This document shows, in pieces, positions 24,080 to 36,636 of a stretch of DNA of 64,000 nt. Source of the stretch: Lama glama (Eukaryota); contig CM052839.1 of the NCBI GenBank assembly GCA_028534125.1, positions 45,632,001-45,696,000 of the forward strand, read 5' to 3'. The position numbers and the translations under genes are program-made. The first letter of the stretch is position 1. The number at the start of each line of letters is the position of its first letter. The notes beneath the pieces are model-generated. The model was not told the origin of the DNA, did no database searches, and saw only the letters and a program-made list of their open reading frames with translations.

Positions 24080-25270
24080 TGGAAGGGTCACTCCGGAACC
24101 ACGGTGCGGGGAGGCGGGGAGTGGTCAGTCTTCCCAACAATTGGCGTGGCACCCGGGAAAGAAGCGCTGAGGGCCTGGGAACGCACAGGGAGCGAGACGA
24201 AGGGGTGCGGAGCCGCAGCCCCCACCCCCGGCCGCGCGCCCGCCGCGCACCCCACCTGTCCATCCCCGGCTCCTGTCCCCGCCGGGAGCCGCAGTCTGCC
24301 GGACGCGGGTCGCCGGGGCGGGGTCCACGGGGCAGGAGTCTTCGCGGCCGGAGTCGCAGGTGTCCGGCACAGGGGCGCGAGGAGGGGTCTGCGGCAGGGG
24401 CTCCGGGGCCCGGAGTCGCTCCCCGCGGCGCGGCGGGAGGACCGAGGCGCGCAGAGGGGCGGGCGGGGACCCTCGGCCGCCGCTGCCCCGCGGGCCGCCC
24501 CCGTCCCCGCCCCCTCCGCCGCCGCCCCCGCCCCCGCCCAGCGTCGCCGCCGGAAACTTTGCGCGGAGCCGGCGCCGACCCTGATCCGGCAGCGCCGCGG
24601 AGACGAGCGGCCGCCGGCCCCGGACCGGAGCGCGCGGAGGACGGCGGGGAGCGCGGAGCGGCCGCGAGGGCGCGCGGTGAGCACCTGCGCCCGGCCCCGA
24701 GGGCACGTTCCCGGAGCCGACCCGGCAGGGGCAGCCAGGCGGGCGCGGCCCGGGGCCAAAGGCAGGAGCGCGGGACTGGCCGGCGCGGACCCCCGTCGCA
24801 GGCGGGCTCCTCGGGCCCTGGCTGTCGCCCCCTCACCTCCGTCGGACATCCCGTTCCCAGCCCCAGGATGCGCCCTTCCGGCTCGGACGGTCCGCCCGGT
24901 CGTGCACTGTCGGGAAGGGTGGGGGTCTCAGCGTTTCCTTCGTCCTCTCCTTCCCGGGGAGCGCGTTCCCAGGAGAGAGGTGGGGGTGTCTGTGGCCGCC
25001 AGGGCTGTCCTGCTGTCCCTCTCCGCCCCTGACTCTTCCCTCCGGCACCCCACTCCCCCCCCCGCGGGCGCATACCCAGAACCGCGGAGACACCCCGGAG
25101 GCGTGGGGACCTGGACAGTCCTGCTTCCCTCCCGCGGGCTCCTGCTCCCCAAAGCTCCCCAGCAGCATCCTAGTTACCCCGGTTTCCCCGGAGGGGCCTA
25201 GGGGCTTCAGCACCCAGCCTGGTCTGCTCACACTTGGCACTTTGACCCGCGGCGCGGTTGGGTCACTGCC
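24080..25270 (+). promoter_or_regulatory. GCGR: GCGR CpG-island promoter with non-coding exon 1 (donor after 24676); 5'UTR part of exon 2 probably starts near 27747
   Basis: CpG-dense block with GC boxes. Sequence 24581-24676 resembles the recalled human GCGR 5'UTR and ends CGCGCG|gtgagc. Candidate acceptor cagtag|GACC at 27746/27747. Confidence 0.75.
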
Positions 25271-27958
25271 CTGGCTGCTCCCTCCTCTGCAGCGGCCTCG
25301 ATTCCCACTTTTGGACTGGGAAACTGACTGACTGACCCCTGAGGTCTGAGCACCCGCACCCGCAGGGCTATTTTCCATCCTGTAGTGGGGGATGAGGGTT
25401 GGTGGGGCAGTGGCACCCTGGCCCACAGCCAGGCCCGCCCTGCCCCCACTCCGTGGGGGGAGGACGCAGGAATCAGGCTTTGTCAACAGCCTATGGCCCC
25501 TGATCCCGCGCTGGGGCCGTGACCTTCTGCTACTTGCTCTGGTTTCACAAAAACACCCACCCCGTCCCCTTCGGAGGCTGGGAGGCCTCAACCCCACCCA
25601 TTCAGATCCTGGGAGGAGCTGGGGTGACCAGTGCCGGCCTTTCCTGGTCCATGGGCCACCCACCCATCCCTTAGGGACCCTCCCCCAGCTCCAGATCTGG
25701 GAGATTCCCCCCCCCCGCCCCTGGCACCCCGGGGGAAATTGGGCAAACAGCTGAGCTCTGAGCACCCAGGAGAGGTGTGTTCTGCCAGTCAAGGGGCAGA
25801 ATACGTGCCAGCCCAGCCCTTGTGGGGGAGGGGGTGACTCTTTGGGGGGAGGGGGAGGGCTGGGAAGAAGAAGGGAGCTGAGGACTGGGGGAAGGCTCAC
25901 CCTCAGACACTGGCACCGGGCCTTCTGTCCCCTGTGCTGGGCTCACCTCGCTGGGGTCTCCCTCCAATCCTGGGCTATCTGCGGGCTCAGTCCAGGGCCA
26001 AGAGGGTCCAGGTCCTGGAAGGGAGAAGGCTTGGTCCCTGGCCAGTAGTTCCCCACCCCCACCTGCTCTGCTTGCTTGTGCCAGGAGGGTAATAAGGTGG
26101 AAACAGGAGCCCTGCTGCCCTGGCCAATGGGTGCCTCAGAACCAGGGCACCCCTGCATCCCGGTTTCAGTCCTCTCATTCATTCCACAAATATTTATCCC
26201 CAGGGCTGACAGGCCTCTGGGGTTTCAGTGTCCCCCAGAGAGGGAGCCTGGACACAGGAGTCTGTCCCTCCCTTCAAGTGGCAAAGCTCAGCTCATCTTC
26301 TCCTGCATGATGGGGAGGCAGGGAGCCCCACTTCCTGGGAAAACCCAGGCTCTGAGAAGTTAAATTATTTGCCCTTGGTCCCAGGACCAGAACTGGGCCC
26401 CACGATGTCAGCCTTTCCTGTGGGGCCAGCCTCACACCTGGGTGCCCAGGGTGGGGACCCCAGAACCTCAGCCTTGCACAGCAGAGAATCCCTCCACACC
26501 CCCACGCTCTGCCCACCCCCAATTCAGAGAAGGGTCTAGAACTCCCCTTGCCTGCACTCCCCTGGAAGGCACAGAGGACTCCACGTCTGACCACCTTCAG
26601 CCTCTTGTATTGGAGGAGGTGCTGAGGCCCTGACCCCTAGGGACCTGGGGCTAAGGGTGCCTCCAGCCGGGGTACCCAGCCTGTGATCTACAAGTGCTGA
26701 GCTGGAGGAGTGGATCTTCAAGGATTGTCAACCCCACCTGCCAGACCAGGCGTGAGAGTAGGGGGTGAAAAAGGTCTGGGAGGGGCAGCGAAGATGGGGC
26801 CCAGGGTACCCATCCCTCTCTCTCCTCTATCCCAGGAGTCTACTTCTCCTTGGGGTTCCCAGACTAGCTGACCCCTCACTGGAAGGCAGGCTACCCCAGG
26901 TGTGGTCCTGCCCACCCTCTGTGCACCTGGGCTCATTGGCTTCTAACAGCCCCAGAAGGTCGGCAAGGTGAACTCCTACTTTTCGGATGGGAAAGCTGAG
27001 GCCCAGCCAGGCTTGCCCTGGCCACCACGCGGATGTGTGGGCTCTGAGGGGCTGACATTTTGCCTTGGAACTACTCACCCAGCTGTCCTTGCAGTCTCAT
27101 CCTCTGCCCGCGTCCAACTGCAGGGCCTCGGGGCAGGGGAGAACTTATTGGGCAGTGTCCTTCCTCCCCACGTCCCCTGCCTGCCTGCTCCACTCCAGCC
27201 AGCCCTCATCCCACTCCCCCAACCCTGCCCCCAGAGCCTCAGGCCACTCAGGCTGCCTGTCCCCCTGAACCGGCCCCTCCCTTGCCCTCCTCGAACAGCT
27301 GGGCCAGTGCTCTTTACCTGCTGGCTCAGTGGCCTGGGAGGCAGAGGGCCGAGCAACAGATCCAACTGTTTGATAAGAATCCAGAGATAAGGCCCCTTGG
27401 GTGATCCAAGGGCTGGGGACTCCTGAACTGCCCTTTGTCCTTCACCCGCCTGGGGGCTACTCACCCAAGAGACCTCTCCACTCTGGCTCCTCTGCCCCCA
27501 GTCTTCTGACAGCTTTGGGACCAGTAAGATTGTGGCTGCCACTAACACAGAGAGGAGGGGCCCCGGGGTGTCAGGGCCCCCAGACAGACAGCCACAGTCC
27601 GTGAAAGCCAGCTCCACTCAGGGGAGATGGCACAGCCCCCACGCCCCTGGGCAGGACCCCCAGGCACAGGCCAGACCCTCAACCCATCACTGGCAGAGTG
27701 ACTACTTCTGGGGTCCCCCCTCTCCCAGCTCCCACTTCATCAGTAGGACCTGGAGGTTCAGAGGGGTGGTTTTAGGGGGGAGCAGGACACCCTGCTGGTC
27801 ACGATGGTGCCCAGCCAGGCCTCCTCACTCCTGGGGGTCCCTGCACAGACCCTGCTTCTCTGCCACTCAGCAGCCCCCAGAGGAGCGTGCGCCCACGAGG
27901 ACCTCTTTGTCCTGACGGTGCCACCCCAGCCAGATGTGGGAGGCCGCTGCCCAGAGGC

Positions 27959-30900
27959 ATGCCCCGCCTCCAGCCATGCTGCCCCCACCTGCTGCTGCTG
28001 CTGCTGCTGCTGGCCTGGCAGGTGAGCACTGCCCTTAGCCCCCCTGCCCAGCCCCCAGGCTCCTACCAGCCTGCCTGCCCCTCGAGCGATGCCGGTCTGT
28101 CCCCTGTTCGCCCACCTGTGCCCCCAGCCACAGGCCCCCTCCGCTCAGGTGATGGACTTCCTGTTTGAGAAGTGGAAGCTCTACGGGGACCAGTGTCTCT
28201 ACAACCTGAGCCTACTGCCCCCACCCACGGGTGAGCCCCGCCGCCTGCCCCGTCCAGAAGCATTTACTGGGCTCTGGTCATGGGAAAGCCCTGTTCCCCC
28301 CTCCCCCCATTTACAGTTGAAGAAACTGAGCCACAAAGAGGTTAGTGACTGGCCCAGGACCACATACCAGGATGTTTAAAAAATGGTAGAACTGACCCAG
28401 AATTGCGGTGCTTTGCCACCTCCCCTGCTGCTGGGCGCCCCCAGGTCTGGGCTAGACACCATCTTTGCTCCCGTGGAGCTCGAGGCCCAGTGGGCACACA
28501 GTGTTGGGAGGGAGAGGGGGAGGGAGGGAGGTGGGCAGGAGATGTGAGCCCCAGAGCTGGTGCTGGATCCAGAAGGATGCCCACAGAATCAGGGTTCAGC
28601 TTCCCGAGAGGACACTCGGGAGAGGGGAGACCCTGGGTGGAGGCGCAGGGTGTCTGAGGGGACGTGGCTGGGCAGAACTGGGGCTCAGGACCAGGCTGGA
28701 CGGTCAGAGAGACCTGGGGGCTGCATGCGGGGAGCGACCCTGTCCCCACCTCTGCAGAGCTCGTCTGTAACAGAACGTTTGACAAGTATTCCTGCTGGCC
28801 GGACACCCCTCCCAACACCACGGCCAACATCTCCTGCCCCTGGTACCTGCCCTGGCACCACAAAGGTAACCACAGTGGGGGTGTGGGGGGTCGGCTGAGA
28901 GGACCCAGCCCGGGAGTGGGGTGCTGACCACAGCCTTTCCCCCAGTGCAGCACCGCTTCGTCTTCAAGAGGTGTGGGCCCGACGGGCAGTGGGTGCGCGG
29001 GCCTCGGGGGCAGCCGTGGCGTAATGCCTCCCAGTGCCAGGTGGATGACGAGGAGCTCGCGGTCCAGGTCAGTTGCGGGCGCGTGCAGCGGGGACGGGCG
29101 GGCAGCGCGCACGCGGCCCTGAATGGCGCTGCTATTTGCAGAAGGAGGCGGCCCAGATGTACAGCAGCTTCCAGGTGATGTACACGGTGGGGTACTCCCT
29201 CTCCCTGGGGGCCCTGCTCCTGGCCCTGGCCGTCCTGCTGGGCCTCAGGTACGCCCGGCGCCTGGCGCCCCGGGGGTGGGGGCCACAGCGGGCAGGGGCT
29301 GACTCGCGGTCCCCGCAGCAAGCTGCACTGTACCCGGAACTACATCCATGTGAACCTGTTCATGTCCTTCGTGCTCAAGGCCAGCTCCGTGCTGGCCATC
29401 GACGCGCTGCTCAACACCCGCTACAGCCAGCGGATCGGGGACGACCTCAGCGTGAGCGTCTGGCTGAGTGACGGGGTGAGCGCCCGGGCCCGGCATCCCG
29501 ACCCCGACCCCAGCCCCGGGTGGCAGGCGGCTGTGAGGCCCGCACTCATACTGTCCCTGTGGCCAGGCGGTGGCCGGCTGCCGGGTGGCCGCGGTGTTCA
29601 TGCAGTACGGAGTCGTGGCCAACTACTGCTGGCTGCTGGTGGAGGGCCTGTACCTGCACGGCCTGCTGGGCCTCGCCGCCGCCCCCAGGAGGAGCTGCTT
29701 CGGCCTTTACCTGGGCATCGGCTGGGGTGAGCGGGCCGGCCAGGGGTGGGTGCAGGCCGGCCAAGGCCGGGGACCACAGCTGTTCTCCCCCGTAGGTGCC
29801 CCCATGCTGTTCGTCATCCCCTGGGCGGTGGTCAAGTGTCTGTTCGAGAACATCCAGTGAGTGTGAGCTGCCCGGAGGTCGGGCCGGCTGGGGGCTCGCG
29901 GCTCCTGGCCCGTGGGGAGTAGCCGTGCGGCTCAGTGCACGTGGCAGCCAGGGTAGGGGTCTCTGGCCAGAGGCAGTGGGGGGCAGTAAGCAAACCTGAT
30001 GCCCGGGCTAGAGGTCCCTCCTAATCTTCTCCCTTTCCTGAGGCACTAATTAGATCCCCACCGTCAGGGGGTGTGGGGCTGGGGGGCTGGGGGGCTGGGA
30101 GGCTTCCCGACAGGAGCCAGCCCTGCCCTGCAGGTGCTGGACCAGCAACGACAACATGGCCTTCTGGTGGATCCTGCGCTTCCCCGTCTTCCTGGCCATC
30201 CTGGTGAGGAAGGGAGGCACCTGCTGGCACTGTGGGGAGGGGGGAGGGTTGGGAGGCTGCTGGAGTTGGGCCCCCAGCCCCTTCTGCCCTCGTTGGCGCT
30301 AGGAGACAGCATCCTGCCTGGGTGGACAGGGAGGGAGGCCCTGGCAATGAGCCAGGACACTGGCTAGTGCCCTGGACTTTGGGCCAGGCTTCCCATCCTT
30401 GGTGGGTGCCCACCACCCCAGGGCCCCAGGAGCCAGGCCCCACCTGGGCTGCCAGGCCCACCTCCAGGAGGGACAGGCAGGGGGCGGGGGCCGCCCTAAG
30501 CTGTGACCTCCACACGCAGATCAACTTCTTCATCTTTATCCGCATTCTTCATGTCCTGGTGGCCAAGCTGCGAGCCCACCAGATGCGCTACACTGACTAC
30601 AAACTCCGGTGGGTGTGACGGTCAGGCGGCTTGCAGACCCTGAGACGCCTGGGGGCCAGAGCGGGGGTGGGGTCAGGGGTGGGGCATCAGAGCTCTGGGG
30701 TGGGGCGGGGCCAAGTGGCTCAGGCTCTGCCCCCACAGGCTGGCCAAGTCCACGCTGACCCTCATCCCCCTGCTGGGGGTCCACGAGGTGGTGTTCGCCT
30801 TCGTGACTGACGAGCATGCCCAGGGTGCCCTGCGCTCCACCAAGCTCTTCTTCGACCTCTTCCTCAGCTCCTTCCAGGTGCCTGCCCCCCCATAATGGCC

Positions 30901-31557
30901 TGACCCCCTGCCTAGCCCAGGCACTGCCCTGACCCCTCCTCTCTCCAGGGCCTGCTGGTGGCTGTCCTCTACTGTTTCCTCAACAAGGAGGTAGGTGGGG
31001 GGCTGGGGTCAGAGGGGAGTGGGGATGCCAGGCCCCGCCCCTGCGCCACGAACCCTTCCCGTTCACTTGCACTCAACGGGCTCAGCTGCCTTGATGCTGG
31101 GTGACAGGCCTGCCGAGACAGGTCAGCCTCAGCCCATCCTCAGGGTGTAGCATGAGGGGGTCCCCAGACGCCCACAGCCCCCAGCCTTCCACGGTGACAG
31201 AGCCCGCCTGGCTCCACACTCAGGGTGCCACAGGGCCCTACGAGGCCAGGAGGTTGGAGGTTGGGGATGCTGGGAGGTGGCACAGGCCGGCCCTGGGACG
31301 GGACCCACCCGCCTGCCCGCCCGCCCCAGGTGCAGTCGGAGCTGCTGCGGCGCTGGCACCGCTGGCGCGAGGGCAAAGCCCTGCATGACGAGCGCCACAT
31401 GGGCGGTGGCCACATGGCCCAGCCTGCCCGCGGGCCCCCCAGCCAGAAGCTGTTGCTCTCAAGGGGTGGTGGCAGCAGCAATGGGACCAGCCAGGACCCC
31501 TCTGCAGAGACCTGCTTGGCTGGCGGCCTCCCTGGATTGGCCGAGAGCCCCTTCTGA
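27959..31557 (+). CDS. GCGR: Glucagon receptor (class B1 GPCR), 13 coding exons, 482 aa
   Basis: join(27959-28021,28128-28230,28758-28865,28946-29067,29142-29248,29319-29475,29567-29726,29796-29856,30134-30203,30520-30608,30739-30877,30949-30990,31330-31557) = 1449 nt, all introns GT-AG and in phase. Translation includes signal peptide [91 protein letters not shown] and C-terminal LAESPF*. Confidence 0.98.
28304..28365. mobile_element. MIR core fragment in a GCGR intron
   Basis: CCCCATTTACAGTTGAAGAAACTGAGCCACAAAGAGGTTAGTGACTGGCCCAGGACCACA. Similar relics near 16050, 26975, 34890 and 35585. Confidence 0.65.
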
Positions 31558-31824
31558 AGCCCCCTGGATCTCCAGCCGGGGCTGGACTCAGGCGCTCAGG
31601 AAGGGAATTGCCGGACAACCCAGAACCAATGCCTGGAGGAGGCTGGAGGCGTGGGAGCCAGACAGTGGTCCCCCTCCATCCACACGTTCCCCGGTGTCGT
31701 GGCCTGGGGGACACCTGCTTTGTGCCCAGGGCTGGAGAATGGACCGTGGTGGGGACACTGTTCTGTGAATGCATGCCGTGTCCCCGTGTGTCTCCAATGT
31801 TAGAGGAGACGCAGGTCCTCCAAT

Positions 31825-31830
31825 AATAAA
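31825..31830 (+). terminator. GCGR: GCGR polyadenylation signal
   Basis: AATAAA about 270 nt after the stop codon. Confidence 0.8.
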
Positions 31831-34800
31831 GAGCCCCCTGCACACCTGGAGGAGCGCAGGGCTGGAGGAGAGGGGCCACCGGGCCTGGCACCAGGTGAGA
31901 AGGGAGCAGTCGTGGACCGGCCTGCACTGGTGTGTTCCCTCGGGACCTCTCCTCGTTGCCCCGTCGTACAGGTACATTGGAGATGGAACCTTGGGTTGTG
32001 TGTGAGGGGTGGCCTGCGATGCCCCACCAGCACATGGCGTCCGCACCGGAGCAGGTTCTAGCCACCCTCCCACCCCAGTGCAGGTGGGCTTACCCCCACC
32101 CCGGGCCTGGGTGGACGTCCCTGCTTAGACATGCTCCCCAACCCCTGGAGTGTCACCATTCACCAGCAGAGGGACAGGAATGGGGCCGATAATGGAGGGA
32201 GGCCACAGACATCACAGCCCCCTACCAACCCCACATGAGCACCGCTGGCCCACCTAGAGCCACAGCCAGGGCTGCAGTCAGGCCCAGCAGGGGCATCACT
32301 GGGCAGTCCAGAACCGGATGTCCTCTACCAGCTTCTGCTTCATCCCTGCTCTAGCCACCCCAGCCATGCTGAGGCCACGTAGCCGGCTGCAGTGGGGAGG
32401 GGTGGACCCCTGAAACTGAAACTGTCCAAGTGAAGGCACAGCCCGACACAGCCCCACCTCACAAGGTGACTGCCGCCCTTGCTGCACCAGGCATGTGTGG
32501 AAGGGCAGCTGTGCACAGCGAGGGTGCCGTCCACACGTGGCGCGTGGGTGCCCCGCTCGGCAGGCCGTGAGGGCCTCTTACTGGGGAAGCACTGAGTGCC
32601 GGACGCAGGAGCCAGGCAGTGCGCTGGGTGGGGACCCCCATTGCCTGGGGTGCTCTCTGACTCCAAGCTGCCCTCTGCGGGACAGTGTGTCTGACACAGA
32701 GGGTGGAGGCACGTGCAGGGCGGGAGCCCAGCGCTGACTGGTCACCTCTCTGGAGCCCCGCCCGGGACAGTGCCGGATGCCTGCTGGGGGCGTGCATGGA
32801 GAGGAGAGGACCAGGACAGCCATCGAAGGAGGAAGGGGCCGCAGGAGCCTCGAACACAAGCCCAACAGGCCAGCCAGGTGTCCCTGCTCCGAGGAGCTGG
32901 TGGGTGGTGATGGCAGGGCCCTGGAGGAGGGGGTGTCCACGGCCACGTGGGCTGGAGCAGCTCAAGTGGAGCCAGGCTAACTGGAGCAAATGAAAGGACA
33001 GGAGGCCTCTTGGGAAAGGTAAATAGAATTACTCACCTGCCAGGCACTGGGGCCTTCAGAGGGGCCCTCATCCCATGTTCACTGCAGACCCAGATGGGGC
33101 AGGTGGGGCGGGAGGCATTAGGGGAGACTGGGCTCTCCTGTGGCCAGGACAGCCCCGCGGGGCCTCCAGGTGGGATGTGTGCGATATTGCTGTGACTGGT
33201 GGGGGCTGCGGGGCAGAGAGGCCAGCAGCTGGCTGCACCTCTGAGCTTGAGGCTTCAGGCCACTTCTTGTCCCAGACCCCCCAGGCTCCGACATTCCTCT
33301 GAGCCCCTGCCCACAGGGGCACCCCTGCCAGCCCTCCACCCCCAGCAGCCTTGTGGGCACAAGCTAGCACAGGAGGGCACCAGGTCTCCTTCACGCAGGC
33401 TGAGCTCAGGGCTGGTGACTGCCTTGGGGGGGGGGTGACGCTCACCTAGGGGACTCCTGACTGCCCTCCCCATCCCAATTCCCTCTGCCCTTGTCCTCCT
33501 TCACCCTGTCCCTGTCCCCGAGGGAACTGGAGCAGGCCGGTGGAGTCAGGGGTGGAGGCTGAGGCTGGCAGGGGCTGGGCTCAGCCAGCCAATAAACACT
33601 GGCTCTGAGCAGGTGGGGTGAAGGGGGTGTGGGTGGGGGAGCCCACCATCCACCTCAGGGCCCAGCGCCCTCACAGTATCACTCTCCATCCAGAAAGGCA
33701 ACAGCCCAGGCCCTCTGCCCCTCCCCCACCGCTGCTTCCCTTCCCACTTCCACCCCAGGCCTTGCCGCGGGCCCCTCCCCGAAAGAACGCATGGAGCTGC
33801 CTAGCACGCGTGTGTGCCCGTGCGCCCCCAGACACATGCTATTAAAATGAGTGTGGAGACCAAAGAGGAGGAAAACACAGACTGCAATAAACAGGGACCA
33901 AACCTAGCAGAGCGGAGGGGCCTCCCCAGACAGCAGCTGCGTGCCAGGCAGGGTGGCACTCCCACCGCGGGGAGGGGCCTCAAGCAGGGCAGGGGGTTAC
34001 AGGAGACACGCCCTCGAGGGGATCGCAGCAACTGAACATGCCCGGAGACTTAGAAGACCTGGTGGAGCGTTCAGGACTTAGTACACAGGAAACCAAACAA
34101 ATCAGAAGAGAGAACAGTAACTCCGAAGAAAACACAAAGTTGGGGAGAAAAGAAAAACCAAACACAGTTTACCACACGGCTCAGCTCTAGAGATGCCACG
34201 ATGTAAGTACTCAACACCAACTCAGTGAGAGGACCGTCCAGAGCAGTGGCGCGTGGCGGGAGCACACGCGTGGAGCAGGGGAGAGGAGGATGACACGGGA
34301 AGATTGAGAGGCAGCCGTTCACGCACGCTATTTAGACACAGAAATTCAAACCAAAGACTCGGCGGAAAGTGGCCGCCTCCAGGTGCGGGGCGGGAGAAGG
34401 CGAGGGCTGCAACCCGCTGACCTCTCTGAGCTGCCCGTCCTCCTCTGGGCGCCCAGGAGCCAGAGCGACCCCCCTGCATCCTCAGCCTCCGCACCTCCCT
34501 CAGTTCACGGAAACGCCGGGGATGGGGAGCCTGTCAGCTCTGCCAGGACGCGGCCAGCCCAGCCCAGCACTTGGGAAACCCCATCTTCAAGTTCCCAGGG
34601 GCGTCAGTCACAACTGGAAGGAAAACGCGGGGAGAGCTAGTGGGGCTGAGACTTCAGAGACATCGAGCAGATGCAGGCAGCGCGCTTGGCCTTTCCAGCC
34701 TGAGTCCCTGCCCTGAGCGGACTGTTATCCTAGACACTAGGGGACGGTGGACTGGGTATTAGCTGCCACCAGGGAACTGCCCTTCGTGCTCAACACCCGT

Positions 34801-36630
34801 GGATGTGCGCAAAGTACGTGTTCAGTATTTAATGAACTCAAATTGTGATAAAAATAAAAGCTTAAGAATCAGAAGGTTAGTCTCTTTCAGGTCACTGATT
34901 CTTCATTTGTAAGATCAGGGTAATAAAAATTTCCCATAGTTGTCAGCAGTGAACGAAAGCAGTGACGTGTGCACCGTGCAGCGTGGGATGTGATGGAGGA
35001 GTGGGTACTCCACCCCCGAGGGCCCCGGGCTGCAGAGCGACACACCACCTCCAGGACCTCCGCCTCCCACCGCCCCCCAGGAGGCCCAGGCCCCCGGCAC
35101 CCCAACCTCCCCGCCCTCCCTGCATGAAGGGAAGGGTTCCGTCTCCGCCCCAGCACAGCCTAGTTACCCACGTTCCCTGCTCCAGGGTGTTCGCAGCCAA
35201 GACCCCAGGCCTGGAGCCTCTGTCTCACAGAAGTCTAAGTTGGCAGGGACAGCGGGAGTGACGAGGCCTTGAGGGGTGTCCTGTGGGCCCACTCACTCCA
35301 GGGTAAGGCCCAGGCTTAGAGCAACCACCACCAGTGCATGAGGCCAGGGAGGGTGGCAGGGGAGATCAGATGCAGGGGCCCACTGTGGCCCAAAGGGAGC
35401 TGAGGGCAGGCGCCCCACTCCCGCCTTCCGGCCCCAAAGGACAGGGGAATAACCCTGAGAGGATCTGGAGCAAAGTCAGGTGGACTTTTAACTAACGCCT
35501 CAAGGTATCAGACATTTCCCAGGGCGCTGCCAGGGGCCCGAGACCTTTCCAGGGAGGGTCCTCTGAGCACTGCAGCCCACACCCTCACCTTACAGACGGG
35601 GAAACCGAGATGGGACAGCCTGTGACACGCCTGAGGGCTCACAGCAAGGCCAGGATGGCGACCACCACAGTGCAGACGTCCAGGTCCCCAAGGTCTCATG
35701 GGCTGAGGGCCCTGCTCGCATACTACAGGGTGGCTGACGGTGGCAGCGGGGCAGCCACCCAGGAGGCAGCCACCAACCTCCACTTGAGGAGACAGGTGTG
35801 GAGACTCGGCAACTTGCACAAGGCTGCACCAGCAGCAGTGGCCAGGCCGGGCATAGCTCCCCCACCCTCTAGATGGGGTCTCATTCTCACAGGACCTCTG
35901 CTGGCCGGCGGCCCCATCCTCAGTGGTCGAGGACATGCTGCCTAGGGGAAACGGGCACTGGTGTAGTCACGCAGCCTGTGACACAGCCCTGGCCTGCCCA
36001 CTCCATCCCAGCCACAGACAGTCGGGGGCGGGGGTCAGCTGCTCAAGTGACCTGCCGAGCAGGCACTCAAGCCCCCAGCAGGACGCCCCACAGGTCCCCA
36101 GGGAGCACACAGGTCTGTGTGGCTACAGGAACTTGGCTCTGGGCCCGGCACCAGGCCACAGCTGCTGTTACCACGGGAACCATCCTTCCTGCCTGCCCGC
36201 CTGTCCCCGGGGACCCCAACCCCCAGGAGAAGAGGTTTCCCAGAGCTGCCCGTAGGGCCGCTGGAGCCCCAGAATACTCCAGGGAAAGGGTGCTCCTGAA
36301 ACAACTTCTGGTGGCTTGTCTCTGGCCCCCAGGGTGTGCCCAGGTCTGAAGGTTGATATACCTGGGGCTCTGGTTCCTGGCAGCCCCTCTTCAATACCTG
36401 GACAGCGGAGCAGCCACCCCCGAGGGCCCAGGGCTGCAGAGCGACACATCACCCCCAGGGCCTCCACCTCCACTGCCCACCGCCCCCCCGGAAGCCCGAG
36501 CCCCCGGCAAGGCCCAAGGAGCAGACGCAAGTTCTGGGCCTTGACCATGACCTTGGATTTCCCGTCCTGCGTGGACAGCCGGGACAGGGGCCTCACCACT
36601 GCCAAGAGGCCGAACCAATGCCATCTCGCC

Positions 36631-36636
36631 TTTATT
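36631..36636 (-). terminator. MCRIP1: MCRIP1 polyadenylation signal
   Basis: TTTATT on + (AATAAA on -), about 820 nt past the stop. Confidence 0.7.

Noticed and set aside
23777-25201. 474-aa ORF and overlapping 250-375-aa ORFs on both strands
   Set aside because: CpG-island artefact: stop-poor GC sequence, Ala/Arg/Pro/Gly-rich, open in several frames, no recognisable domain.
29023-29031. Extra N-glycosylation sequon (NAS) in the GCGR ectodomain relative to human
   Set aside because: I recall the same WRNASQC in rodents, so it is probably ancestral rather than novel.
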